Source of the DNA: Dehalococcoidia bacterium
GTDB taxonomy: Bacteria > Chloroflexota > Dehalococcoidia > Lucifugimonadales > VXLM01
DNA: 64,000 nucleotides
Reading direction: 5' to 3'
Assembly (NCBI GenBank): GCA_963662435.1
Contig: OY759598.1
Coordinates: 558,001-622,000, forward strand
Shown: in pieces, positions 39,246 to 49,074 of the stretch
Layout of the letters: the number at the start of each line of letters is the position of its first letter
Position numbering within the stretch: the stretch's first letter is position 1
Program-made: the position numbers and the translations under genes
The notes under the pieces: model-generated
What the model was told of the DNA's origin: nothing
Database searches by the model: none
The model's input: the letters and a program-made list of their open reading frames with translations, nothing else

Positions 39246-39402
39246 GTTGGCCGAAAGAAGCGTTGACACCGCGCGGCTCGATTGCTACATTTCTAACATA
39301 TGCAGATTGGATTCCAATTGTTCCAATACACATTATGAGACGCAGTCCCTAAACTTGAAGATTTCGTAGGCTAAGGTCGACGAAATAGGAGAATAGACAA
39401 CG

Positions 39403-40653
39403 ATGTCGTGGAAGATTGCACTATTGCTTTGCCTACCGGCGCTACTTGTTCTTGCCTGCGGCTCGGATGCAGACCCTACTCCTGCGCCGACTGCAGCTGC
39501 GGCAGCTCCGCCGCCCCCGGCCGACACTCCGGCACCTGAACCGACCAACACGCCGGTTCCCGAAGAGCCGTTCGTCATCGGGGCGATGGACGCCCTTACC
39601 GGGGTCGCTGAGTCATACGGGAATCCCGTTCGGGATGCGAAGCTGCTGGCCGTTGAAGAGATCAACGCGGCGGGAGGCATCAACGGGCGAGAGCTAAAGC
39701 TCATCATCGAAGACTCCAAGTGCGCGGCGCAGGATGCAATTACGGCCTATCACAAGCTGACCGACGTGGACGGAGTCAAGATCATCCTCGGTACCACTTG
39801 CAGCGGCGCAATGCTGGGAGCAGCGCCCCTGGCGGAGAGAGACGGCGTCGTCATGCTCTCAGCATCGGCCACGAGCCCCGACATCGCCGAGGCGGGCGAC
39901 TACATTTTCCGGACGGCAATTAACGATGCGAGGCTCGGAGTCGACATGGGCAACACCATGTGGGCCGATGGAATTCGCAGGATCGTTTCGATCACCGAGT
40001 CCACGGACTACGCAGAAGGAACGCGCCGTACGGCAGTTGCACAGTTCGAAAAACTGGGCGGCTCGGTACTGGCAGCCGAAGGCTATTCATCGGACGTTAT
40101 CGACTTTCGCACCCAGTTGACCAAGTTGATTGGCGAGGAGCCCGACGCCATCCTGCTGGCTTCTCAGGGGGAGGCATCCGGCGGAACAATCATCAAGCAG
40201 GCCCGCGAGCTTGGCTACGATGGCCCCATCTACTCCGAAATCGTGCCCACTGCCCCCGAGGCATTGAGCATCGCCGGAGACGCCGCGACGGGGCTGAAGG
40301 CGGTTATCCCCAACCCGGATCTTGACAGCGACACCGGCAGGAAGTTCCTCGAGAGCTTCAAGGCTCGCTATGGAGGCGTTGCTACGCTGCCATGGTTCCA
40401 GGGTTCGGCCTATGACGACGTGTACATCGCCGCAGCGTGTCTGGAGCAGACCGGCGACGACCAGGACGCGGATGGTTTCCGCGACTGCCTCTACAACCTG
40501 ACTCACAGCGGCGCCATTGGGGACAACTACAGCTTCGACGAGAACGGTGACGTCGTGGGTCTGTCGAACGTCGTAGTCGAGATCCTGCCGACGGCGGAGC
40601 GGAACGACGACAACTTGGGTTACAAGGTCCTGGGCCCGGCTCCCACTCAGTAG
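39403..40653 (+). CDS. ABC transporter substrate-binding lipoprotein (LivJ-like)
   Basis: lipobox VLAC, Pro/Ala/Thr linker, AVEEINAAGGINGR, DYIFRT, DFRTQLTK. Confidence 0.9.
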   Translation: MSWKIALLLCLPALLVLACGSDADPTPAPTAAAAAPPPPADTPAPEPTNTPVPEEPFVIGAMDALTGVAESYGNPVRDAKLLAVEEINAAGGINGRELKLIIEDSKCAAQDAITAYHKLTDVDGVKIILGTTCSGAMLGAAPLAERDGVVMLSASATSPDIAEAGDYIFRTAINDARLGVDMGNTMWADGIRRIVSITESTDYAEGTRRTAVAQFEKLGGSVLAAEGYSSDVIDFRTQLTKLIGEEPDAILLASQGEASGGTIIKQARELGYDGPIYSEIVPTAPEALSIAGDAATGLKAVIPNPDLDSDTGRKFLESFKARYGGVATLPWFQGSAYDDVYIAAACLEQTGDDQDADGFRDCLYNLTHSGAIGDNYSFDENGDVVGLSNVVVEILPTAERNDDNLGYKVLGPAPTQ

Positions 40654-40677
40654 TACTTGCGCTCTTCGTCTGACTCG

Positions 40678-40711
40678 GATGGCGCATACGACAAAAGTCG
40701 TATGCGCCATC
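40678..40711 (+). terminator. perfect 15-bp hairpin after the SBP gene (possible terminator or stabiliser)
   Basis: GATGGCGCATACGAC-AAAA-GTCGTATGCGCCATC; no U-tract. Confidence 0.5.
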
Positions 40712-40819
40712 AGCCATATGCTCACATGATTCGCGCGCAGCGCTCTTCCTGCGAGTTAGTGGTGTTATACTTCGCGGGGACAGCCGGCCGGGAACCCAAG
40801 ACGCGATGGTGAATACGCC

Positions 40820-41656
40820 ATGATGAAACTGAGTTGGATGGCACGAGCGACCGACGCCGCCGTTTTCGAGCGGCAGGTGCAGTTTGCCGGTGAGACCGAG
40901 CTGGACGTAATCGACTTCCACCTCAGCGGGATGCCTCGCGACCCGGAATTCATCACCAAGATCAAGACCATGTGCGTCGATGCCGGCCTCCTTGTCGGAT
41001 ACCTGGGCGGCGGCAAATTCGTCGGACCTCTTGAGGAACGTGCCGACCGGCTCGACATTGGCCGCAGGGACGTGGACACCGCCGCGCTCATCGGCGCGCA
41101 AATGCTCCGGGTATTCGCAAGATACAAGTGGCCCGACACCGTGGAAGAACAGGAGCGCTTCTGGGGCCCCATGATCGAGGATTTTCAGATAATCTCCGAA
41201 TATGCCGCAGCGAAGGGAGTCGTCATCGGTCTACAGAACCACAATCACGGCAGCTTTGCCATGAACGCCGATCAGGTCCTGCGAATCCTCAGCGACGTCG
41301 ATAAGCCCAACTTCACCTACATCATGGACACCGGTCAGTGGCAGGGGGCCGTCGGTGGTTCTCCGCGAGGGTGGCGCGACCTGAACGTCGACATCTATCG
41401 CGACTACATGGAGCGCGTTGCAGCACACACGACGCTGGTGCGTGCCAAGATTTATAAGATCGACAACGGCTGGGAGGAGTGGCTCGACTACCCACGCATA
41501 TTCAAGATTCTGCGACAGCACGACTTCAACGGAACGGTGTCAATCGTATTCGAAGGAGGCCAGCCGCCCCGCAATCGTGTCGACATGGAAGAGTGCATAA
41601 GGCTGGCTGCCGGCCACCTGCGCGACGTGATGGCCCTTTCATACCTGTATCACTGA
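40820..41656 (+). CDS. xylose-isomerase-like TIM barrel (AP_endonuc_2) protein, paralog 1
   Basis: MLRVFA, GLQNHNH, DTGQW, LDYPRIF and FNGTVSIVFEG. Confidence 0.8.
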   Translation: MMKLSWMARATDAAVFERQVQFAGETELDVIDFHLSGMPRDPEFITKIKTMCVDAGLLVGYLGGGKFVGPLEERADRLDIGRRDVDTAALIGAQMLRVFARYKWPDTVEEQERFWGPMIEDFQIISEYAAAKGVVIGLQNHNHGSFAMNADQVLRILSDVDKPNFTYIMDTGQWQGAVGGSPRGWRDLNVDIYRDYMERVAAHTTLVRAKIYKIDNGWEEWLDYPRIFKILRQHDFNGTVSIVFEGGQPPRNRVDMEECIRLAAGHLRDVMALSYLYH

Positions 41657-41699
41657 TGACCAAACGGCGACGGACCACGAACGAAGAAGGCGACAGGCA

Positions 41700-42542
41700 G
41701 TGATAAAACTTTCATACATGGCGAGAGGGCAGAGTAAGGACGCCTATCCGGGCCTCATCGACTTTGCGCGCGATATTGGCCTCGATATGATCGACATCTT
41801 CATGATGGGCGAAATGCAGACGCCGGAGTTCGTCAGGCAAACGAAGCTCCATTGCCTGCGGGCAGGTCTGCCCATCGGATACTTCGCATCGGGTGTGAGC
41901 CTTGTGGGTCCCGAGGAGATGCGTGGTCAGCGCTTGGCTCGCGCCAAAGGCGATGCCGACTCGGCCGCGTTCATCGGAGCTCAGGTTCTCCACGTGTTCG
42001 CGCGGCACAAGTGGCCGGACACCGTCGAGGAGCAGGAGCGGTTCTGGGCTCCCATGATCGAGGACTTCCAGGAACTCGCCGACTACTGCGCTGAACGCGG
42101 CGTCGTCGCATCTCTCCAGAACCACAACCACGGCAGCTTCGCCATGAACGCCAACCAGGTCCTTCGAATCCTTCGCGAGGTCGGACGGAAGAATTTCACC
42201 TACATTCTCGACTCTGGGCAGTGGGAGGGCGCGCGCGGTGGCTCCCCCCGGGGCTGGTACAACACCGAACTCGACATTTACGAGGCCTACCACAAGCGGG
42301 TGGCCTCCTACGCAACGGGAGTCCGCGCCAAGATCTACAAGATCGACAACGGGTTCGAGGAATGGTTGGACTACCCCCGATTCCTGCGCATCCTCCGTGA
42401 CGTCGAATTCAACGGCGCGATCTCCATTGTCTTCGAGGGCGGCGACACCCCCCGCAACCGCTACGACGACCAGACATGCATAGCCATGGCCGCCGACTAC
42501 TTGCGAGATGTCATAGAAGACTCCGCCGTCTTCGCACGGTAG
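41700..42542 (+). CDS. xylose-isomerase-like TIM barrel protein, paralog 2
   Basis: shares KWPDTVEEQERFW, LQNHNHGSFAMNA and RAKIYKIDNG with paralog 1. Confidence 0.8.
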   Translation: MIKLSYMARGQSKDAYPGLIDFARDIGLDMIDIFMMGEMQTPEFVRQTKLHCLRAGLPIGYFASGVSLVGPEEMRGQRLARAKGDADSAAFIGAQVLHVFARHKWPDTVEEQERFWAPMIEDFQELADYCAERGVVASLQNHNHGSFAMNANQVLRILREVGRKNFTYILDSGQWEGARGGSPRGWYNTELDIYEAYHKRVASYATGVRAKIYKIDNGFEEWLDYPRFLRILRDVEFNGAISIVFEGGDTPRNRYDDQTCIAMAADYLRDVIEDSAVFAR

Positions 42543-42642
42543 AAACCCTCGGCACAACCGTCATATCGTCAGAGAGCCTGCACCATGCCCGCGTACGGGT
42601 CCCCCATCCGAAGGGGCAGAGTAGGACGTTTGGTATGATTGC

Positions 42643-43275
42643 TTACGCGGTCCCCTGCGGGATGGCCCTAGGAGCAGGGCCGTATTTGTTTTCTCCCATG
42701 TCTCCTGGATGCCCCAGGAGTGCCACAAGCCTAATTGCCAACGCCCCACCGATTCCTGCAAGAATCAGGCCAAGTCCAGACGTGAAGTATCCGAACCCCA
42801 AGAAACTGGCACGTATTGGTTCCTTCCAACTTTCTGGAGGCCATTGGTGGTCGCGATCGTAGAGTGCGAGCCACGAGTGTTGGTCGAACAGAGATTTCTC
42901 CCAATTTCCTGTAACTACTCCGACGACGGCTTCATCGTACAGTGCAATCCCGAAGGCCATCTCACCGAAAATCAAATGGGCAACGGCTATCACGAAAACC
43001 AAAGAGGAAACGCCAACGCCAAGCAGTAGCCACCCTGTACCTTTCTCTATGTCATGCAGGCGTCTCACAATCGCGGCCAATGTTGGAACCAGCGTTCCCG
43101 CGATGAAGACCGCCAAAAAGACTGCGAAAACGTTGTGAACCATTAGGGTGAGCTGGAGAATTGCTAGCAATATTGCGCCCTGGACAAGGGCGAACAACCA
43201 GAATACGGAGCGATCAGTTCGTCCGCCGAAGGCCGCATATCTCCGCATCGTGTGAGTGTAAGCCTTTACCATCAT
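42643..43275 (-). CDS. DUF805-family membrane protein
   Basis: YAAFGGRTDRSVFW, PTLAAIVRRLHD and C-terminal PGDMGENKYGPAP; start approximate. Confidence 0.75.
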   Translation of the reverse strand: MMVKAYTHTMRRYAAFGGRTDRSVFWLFALVQGAILLAILQLTLMVHNVFAVFLAVFIAGTLVPTLAAIVRRLHDIEKGTGWLLLGVGVSSLVFVIAVAHLIFGEMAFGIALYDEAVVGVVTGNWEKSLFDQHSWLALYDRDHQWPPESWKEPIRASFLGFGYFTSGLGLILAGIGGALAIRLVALLGHPGDMGENKYGPAPRAIPQGTA

Positions 43276-43358
43276 TGTGGTTCCAATCAATCAAGGGGCG
43301 GATAGTTACGCATTAGAACCGCAGAGGTCAGACTTGTCAATCCTTCTGGGAGGCCAAG

Positions 43359-44580
43359 CAGGGCAATCGCATCTAAATGAAGTCTTAGACAAGTTATAGA
43401 ATTGGGGTCAATCTCATGTGGAGAGTGACCCATGGCGAGTGACACAGCGTCCCTGACCGAACACTTTGGCAGCTTGGTCGATCCGCGTATTGACCGAACC
43501 AAACGCCACAATCTAATGGACATCGTCACCATTGCGCTCTGCGGTGTCATAGCAGGTGCGGACAGTTGGGTAGACGTGGAGGCGTTTGGCAGGCGCAAGT
43601 CGGACTGGCTGCGCAAGATGCTGAACCTCCCTAACGGTATTCCATCCCACGACACGTTTGGCAGGGTCTTTGCCAAGCTGGATGCTCAGCAGTTCGAGCG
43701 CTGCTTCACCGAGTGGGTGTTGGCTGTGCGAGAGGTTCTGCAAGGTGATGTCGTAGCCATAGACGGCAAGAGAGTGCGTCGTTCGCACGACCGGTATATA
43801 GGGAAGGATGCGATCCACATGGTCAGCGCTTGGGCCTCTGCGAGCGGCGTAGCACTCGGACAGACCAAAGTAGACGGGCGCTCCAATGAGATCACGGCTA
43901 TACCCCGACTGCTCGAAATGCTCCAGGTCGAAGGGTGCATCGTGACTATCGACGCCATGGGCTGCCAGAAGGAGGTCGCATCGAAGATCCTGGAGGAGAG
44001 AGCCGACTACGTGCTGGCGGTCAAGAAGAACCAGGGCCGCCTGCACGAGGATGTGCATGACACCTTCGACCTTGCCCGTAAGTCCGGCTTCGACAGTCTC
44101 GACCACGACTACCACGAGACGATAAATGCGGGTCACGGACGAGTCGAGACTCGTCGATGCTGGGCCGTGTCCGATCTCGACCACATCAGATACGTGGATG
44201 ATGATGGGCAGTGGCCGGGGTTGAATACGTTGGTGATGGTGGAAGGCGAGCGACTCGTCGGTGGCAAGACGACGGTGGAGTCGCGCTACTACATATCGAG
44301 CTTGCCAAACGATGCGAGTGTCTTGCTCAACGCGGTGCGCAGCCACTGGAGCATAGAGAACCAATTGCACTGGTCGCTGGACGTGACGTTCAATGAGGAT
44401 GGAAGCCGGGTGCGTAGCGGGAACGGGGCAGAGAACTTCTCTGTGCTACGCCGCATGGCCCTGAATCTGCTCAAGGCCGAAAAGTCCACCAAGCGCAGCC
44501 TCGCCGGCAAACGAAAAGACGCCGCCTGGGACAATGACTACCTACTCAAGGTCCTTGCCCAATAAGATGCGATTGCCCTG
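43359..44580 (+). mobile_element. ISAs1-family insertion sequence (1222 bp)
   Basis: 16-bp perfect TIRs CAGGGCAATCGCATCT and AGATGCGATTGCCCTG; 10-bp target duplication GGAGGCCAAG at 43349-43358 and 44581-44590. Confidence 0.95.
43432..44565 (+). CDS. ISAs1-family DDE transposase
   Basis: GIPSHDTFGRVF, AIDGK, SNEITAIP, TIDAMGCQ, HWSIENQLHWSLDVTFNED. Confidence 0.96.
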   Translation: MASDTASLTEHFGSLVDPRIDRTKRHNLMDIVTIALCGVIAGADSWVDVEAFGRRKSDWLRKMLNLPNGIPSHDTFGRVFAKLDAQQFERCFTEWVLAVREVLQGDVVAIDGKRVRRSHDRYIGKDAIHMVSAWASASGVALGQTKVDGRSNEITAIPRLLEMLQVEGCIVTIDAMGCQKEVASKILEERADYVLAVKKNQGRLHEDVHDTFDLARKSGFDSLDHDYHETINAGHGRVETRRCWAVSDLDHIRYVDDDGQWPGLNTLVMVEGERLVGGKTTVESRYYISSLPNDASVLLNAVRSHWSIENQLHWSLDVTFNEDGSRVRSGNGAENFSVLRRMALNLLKAEKSTKRSLAGKRKDAAWDNDYLLKVLAQ

Positions 44581-44862
44581 GGAGGCCAAGAATGTTCTGG
44601 CAACCCAGGAAATGCCCCTACTACCGCCGTCTGTTCTGTAACGGATCACGCCCACAGGATGCGCCTGTCCTACTTGGCGCAGGGACGTCAGCATCCAATG
44701 TGCAATTGTCTCCAATCTCTTCCCGGCGGGAGAGAGACACTGAGTGGCGTACCCGCAGCATCATGTAAGTCTGCAGGATGGCGCGCCGTTCACGGTTCGA
44801 ATAGCTCGCCATGAACGGTTCCAGTCAACCTGTCGGACACATGCTAAGTGGTCACATCCCTC

Positions 44863-46020
44863 TCAGACCTTTGGCGACCACGTCCCAAGGATCCCCCGAG
44901 CGACCTCGGTAGGTTCCCCCGCACCCACCACTTCGACGATGACCGAAGCCTCCTCCAGCCCCGGCAGGGGATCACGCCCCTTCGTGTAGCCGAGGGCGCC
45001 GCAAAATATGAGCGACGAACCGTCGGGAGACCAGGGATCGTGCGACTGCACGTACTGGTCGAAGAACATGAAGATGCTCAACTGCTCCTCGGTAGGTCGA
45101 AAGTCAGACAGGTAACGCACCTCGCCTGATTCAACGTCGACCAGCCCCCAGCGGACGGACCCTTCCGCCCCCTCCGATGTCGTGATGTAGGCGATCTGCC
45201 TGCCGTCCGGCGACCAGAAGAACGCCAGAACGAGATCATGGACGATCTTGCGTTCCACCCCATCGAGGGACACGAGCCGGATGCCGTTGTAGAACCTCGA
45301 ATCCCCCTGGGGTTCACGTGTCAATGCCAGCGACTCGCCGTCGGGACTCCACATGAACGCGCCGTTTCCATTGAACTGGACCAGCGATTCGGCGGACAGG
45401 TTCTCCACGTCCACGACCATCAACGAACTGCGGAACTCCTCGCCCTCGCTGAGCAGGGCCATGACAGCGCCCTTCGGCGACCACGAAGGACTCATGTACA
45501 ACCTCGAATCCCCCGGCATTCGTCTCGGCGCCGTCTCCCCCTGGAAGTCGACAAGGTAGTGCTCTGCAGCCGAATGAAAGAGCAGGAAGCGAGAGTTCCT
45601 GGACCATGAGGTGAATAGCGGGAACCCCTCATGGATCGCGGTCGGCGGCCTCTGGTCTGCGACCCGGTGCACAAGTGCCGACAGACCGTTCCCCTTGGTC
45701 CTCGCGACAAGCGAGACCATCTTGCTGTCGGGCGACCACAGGACGTAGTGTGGCGTCTTCCGGGCTATTCCGTCGGAACCCGGCTCGTTGGCGAATGTCT
45801 GCCGGGTCTCGCCGTCGGCAAGGTCGTGGAGAAACACCCCAATCCGCCCGTGCCCGTTCGTGCCCGAAGAGAAGGCGGAGTACACGACATACCTGCCGTT
45901 GGGCGACCAGGTCGGCCAGGTCTGTATCTCCCCGGGACCTTCGAGGGCAACCGGCGCCTTCCCCGTATCGTTGGTGAGGGCGGCCTTCATGGTCTCGTTT
46001 ATGTAGGCGATTTCAGTCAT
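44863..46020 (-). CDS. TolB-like beta-propeller (PD40 repeat) protein
   Basis: repeated WSPDG/WSPNG/WSPKG motifs; no obvious signal peptide. Confidence 0.8.
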   Translation of the reverse strand: MTEIAYINETMKAALTNDTGKAPVALEGPGEIQTWPTWSPNGRYVVYSAFSSGTNGHGRIGVFLHDLADGETRQTFANEPGSDGIARKTPHYVLWSPDSKMVSLVARTKGNGLSALVHRVADQRPPTAIHEGFPLFTSWSRNSRFLLFHSAAEHYLVDFQGETAPRRMPGDSRLYMSPSWSPKGAVMALLSEGEEFRSSLMVVDVENLSAESLVQFNGNGAFMWSPDGESLALTREPQGDSRFYNGIRLVSLDGVERKIVHDLVLAFFWSPDGRQIAYITTSEGAEGSVRWGLVDVESGEVRYLSDFRPTEEQLSIFMFFDQYVQSHDPWSPDGSSLIFCGALGYTKGRDPLPGLEEASVIVEVVGAGEPTEVARGILGTWSPKV

Positions 46021-46117
46021 AGGACTCGATGTCTGATTGTAGCACCGCTGGTTGACACGTGGGCGGTTGGACTATAGCCTTTGCGCGCTTCCCACGCCCA
46101 ATGAAAGGAGTTCTGCG

Positions 46118-47029
46118 ATGTCCGACTTCGCATGGTATAAAGGCAACCTGCACACTCACACAACGGAGTCGGACGGCGACGCAGATCCGGAGTTCGTCGT
46201 CAACTGGTTCATGGAACACGGATACGACTTCCTCATGCTCAGCGACCACAACCACCGAACGATCCTTGAACACGAGGTCGAGGGTGGTCCCCTGATGATC
46301 CCGGGAGAGGAGGTCTCCGCCAGGATCGAGTTTGGGCAGATTCCCATCCACATCAACGGCATCGGAATCTCGCGTGTCGTGGAGCCGATCCACGGAGACG
46401 ACATCGTCTCTACGATTCAGGCCAACGTCGACGCGATTCACGACGCGAACGGCATAGCCCAGCTCAATCATCCCAACTTCCACTGGGCCTTTGACCACAC
46501 ACACATAAACCAGGTTCGAGGCGCCGACCTGATGGAGGTCTACAACGGCCACCCCGGGGTGAACCTCTTCGGAGCGCCTGGCAAGCCCAGCACCGAGGAG
46601 ATATGGGACGGCGTCCTCAGCGCCGGCAAGGTCATCTTCGGCACAGCCACCGACGACTCCCACAGGTACTACGACTTCCATCCCGGCATGAGCAATCCCG
46701 GTCGTGGATGGGTGGTCGTGCGAGCGCCCGAACTCACGGTGGACGCCATCGTGGACGGCCTCGCAACTGGCGAGTTCTATTCATCAACGGGCATAGTGCT
46801 CACCGATCTGGAACAGTCGGAGGAGTCGGTCTCCCTCGAGATTGAGGAACAGAGCGACTTCATCTTCACGACAACCTTCTCCGGCAGGGACGGGAACGTA
46901 CTCGCTGAAGAAACCGGACCGTCGGCGTCGTACGCCATACGCGGCGACGAGGGATACGTGCGTGCCACCGTCCGCTCATCCTCCGGCGGCAAGGCATGGA
47001 CGCAGCCCGTATTCGTCAGAGGAGACTAG
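46118..47029 (+). CDS. PHP-domain (CehA/McbA-like) metallohydrolase, paralog 1
   Basis: WYKGNLHTHTTESDG, SDHN, GEE, NHP, DDSH, AWTQPVF; AAAGGAG RBS. Confidence 0.85.
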   Translation: MSDFAWYKGNLHTHTTESDGDADPEFVVNWFMEHGYDFLMLSDHNHRTILEHEVEGGPLMIPGEEVSARIEFGQIPIHINGIGISRVVEPIHGDDIVSTIQANVDAIHDANGIAQLNHPNFHWAFDHTHINQVRGADLMEVYNGHPGVNLFGAPGKPSTEEIWDGVLSAGKVIFGTATDDSHRYYDFHPGMSNPGRGWVVVRAPELTVDAIVDGLATGEFYSSTGIVLTDLEQSEESVSLEIEEQSDFIFTTTFSGRDGNVLAEETGPSASYAIRGDEGYVRATVRSSSGGKAWTQPVFVRGD

Positions 47030-47938
47030 ATGCCGGACTGGTACAAGGGCAATATCCATACTCACACCACGAAATCGGACGGCGACGCCGATCCTGAGGT
47101 CGTGGTCAAGTGGTTCATGGAGCATGGCTACGACTTCCTCGTCCTCAGCGACCACAATCACCGGACGATCCTCGAACACGAGGTCGAGGGCGGGCCCCTC
47201 ATGGTTCCAGGAGAAGAGGTCTCGGCGCGGATCGACAACGGGTCGATACCGATCCACATAAACGGCATTGGCATAACGAGAGTCGTCGAGCCGTACCACG
47301 GCGACGAGATTGTCGATACGATTCAGCGCAACGTGAACGCAATTCTCGAAGCCGGCGGCATTGCCTCAGTCAACCATCCCAACTACCAGTGGGCCTTCGA
47401 CCACACCCACATCCGTGAGGTCGACGGCGCGAGCCTCTTGGAGGTCTTCAACGGCTCACCGATCACAAACAACGAGGGAGGCCCCGGCAAGTTCACTGCC
47501 GAGGAGATCTGGGACGGCGTGCTGACCGCAGGCAAGCCCATCTTCGGCGTGGCGGCGGACGACTCGCACCACTACTTCGACTTCGCCCACGACCGGCTGA
47601 ATCCCGGACGCGGTTGGGTCGTCGTCGAGGCCGATGAGCTGACTATCGATGCCATCGTGAACGGTCTGGCGTCCGGAAGCTTCTACTCGTCGACTGGCGT
47701 AACCCTCGAGGCGTTAGAGTCCACCGACGAGAGAATATCCCTAACGATAGAGCAGTACGCCACCTGCCTGTACCGGACCGTCTTCTCCGGCCCCGACGGC
47801 AGGGTCCTGGCAGAACTTGAAGGACTTGAACCCACGTATGAGATTCAGGGCGACGAAAGATTCGTCCGTGCCACGGTCAACTCGTCGCTGGGCGTCAAGG
47901 CATGGACACAACCCGTATTCGTGAGTGAATGGAAGTAA
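47030..47938 (+). CDS. PHP-domain (CehA/McbA-like) metallohydrolase, paralog 2
   Basis: same motifs as paralog 1; tandem duplicate starting right after its stop codon. Confidence 0.85.
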   Translation: MPDWYKGNIHTHTTKSDGDADPEVVVKWFMEHGYDFLVLSDHNHRTILEHEVEGGPLMVPGEEVSARIDNGSIPIHINGIGITRVVEPYHGDEIVDTIQRNVNAILEAGGIASVNHPNYQWAFDHTHIREVDGASLLEVFNGSPITNNEGGPGKFTAEEIWDGVLTAGKPIFGVAADDSHHYFDFAHDRLNPGRGWVVVEADELTIDAIVNGLASGSFYSSTGVTLEALESTDERISLTIEQYATCLYRTVFSGPDGRVLAELEGLEPTYEIQGDERFVRATVNSSLGVKAWTQPVFVSEWK

Positions 47939-47950
47939 AAGGAGACACCA

Positions 47951-48778
47951 ATGATAAAGCTCGGATGGATGGCGCGGGCAACGGACGCGGAGGTATTCGC
48001 AGGGCATGTGAAGTTCGCTAGGGAACTCGATCTGGACGTCATCGACTTCCATCTCGGCGGGATGCCGCGGGACATCGACTTCGTCATGAAGATCAAGATG
48101 ATGTGCGTCAAGGCGGGCCTGCCGATCGGCTACCTTGGTGGAGGGTCCTTCGTTGGACCTCTCGACACGCGGGAAGACCGCATGGAGCAGGGTAGGGCCG
48201 ACGTGGACATGACGGCCCTCATGGGCGGACAGATGCTCCGCGTGTTTGCGCGACACAACTGGCCGGATACGAAGGAGGAGCAGGAGTACTTCTGGGGACC
48301 GATGGTCGAAGACTTCAAGGAACTCTCCGACTACGCCGCTGAGCGTGGCGTGATCATCGGACTGCAGAATCACGACAACGGCAGCTTCTGCATGACTGCT
48401 GATCAGGCCCTTCGTATCCTTGGCGACGTGGACAAAGAGAACTTCACGTTCCTGTGGGATACCGGCCAATGGCTAGGGGCCATCGGATCACATCCGCGTG
48501 GCGAGTTCGACCCTAACGTCGACCTCTACGAGGACTATCTCGTGCCGACAGCGCCTTACGCCGGTTCCGTACGCGCGAAGATCTACCAGATCGACACCGG
48601 CGTCGAGACCTACCTCGACTACTCGCGCATCTTCAGCATTCTGAAAGATGTCGGGTACAACGGAAACATCTCCATCGTCTACGAGGGAGCCGAGGGACGC
48701 AACAAGTGTACCCCCGAGGAGGGCATCGCCCTCGCGACCAAGCACCTGCGCAAGGTCATCGCCGAGGTCTACGGGTAA
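47951..48778 (+). CDS. xylose-isomerase-like TIM barrel protein, paralog 3
   Basis: WMARATDA, LDVIDFHL, GLQNHDNGSF, DTGQW, RAKIYQID and SIVYEG. Confidence 0.8.
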   Translation: MIKLGWMARATDAEVFAGHVKFARELDLDVIDFHLGGMPRDIDFVMKIKMMCVKAGLPIGYLGGGSFVGPLDTREDRMEQGRADVDMTALMGGQMLRVFARHNWPDTKEEQEYFWGPMVEDFKELSDYAAERGVIIGLQNHDNGSFCMTADQALRILGDVDKENFTFLWDTGQWLGAIGSHPRGEFDPNVDLYEDYLVPTAPYAGSVRAKIYQIDTGVETYLDYSRIFSILKDVGYNGNISIVYEGAEGRNKCTPEEGIALATKHLRKVIAEVYG

Positions 48779-48815
48779 GATGCAATACATGGAGTCTTCC
48801 TAAGGAGGTGTCCCC

Positions 48816-49074
48816 ATGGCAATGACAAGAGGACGACCTTCATCAACTGATTGAAGAGCTTCCTGACGCCGAGGTACATGCGGCGGCGCGCTACATTCAG
48901 TTTCTCCGGAGCAACCGAGATCTGTTCATCCAGGCGCTGCTGGAAGCCCCACTCGATGATGAACCGGAGACTAAAGAGAAACTAAACGCTGCGGATGAGG
49001 CGTGGCAGGAATACCTCGACGGGAAGGCCCGTCCATGGGCCAAAGTACGTGAGGAACTAACGCGTGACAAATAG
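48816..49074 (+). pseudogene. frameshifted antitoxin upstream of RelE
   Basis: AAGGAGG RBS then ATG GCA ATG ACA AGA G|GAC GAC CTT...; the +1 frame reads DDLHQLIEELPDAEVHAAARYIQFL...APLDDEP...WAKVREEL and has no start of its own (TGA at 48823). Confidence 0.65.
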
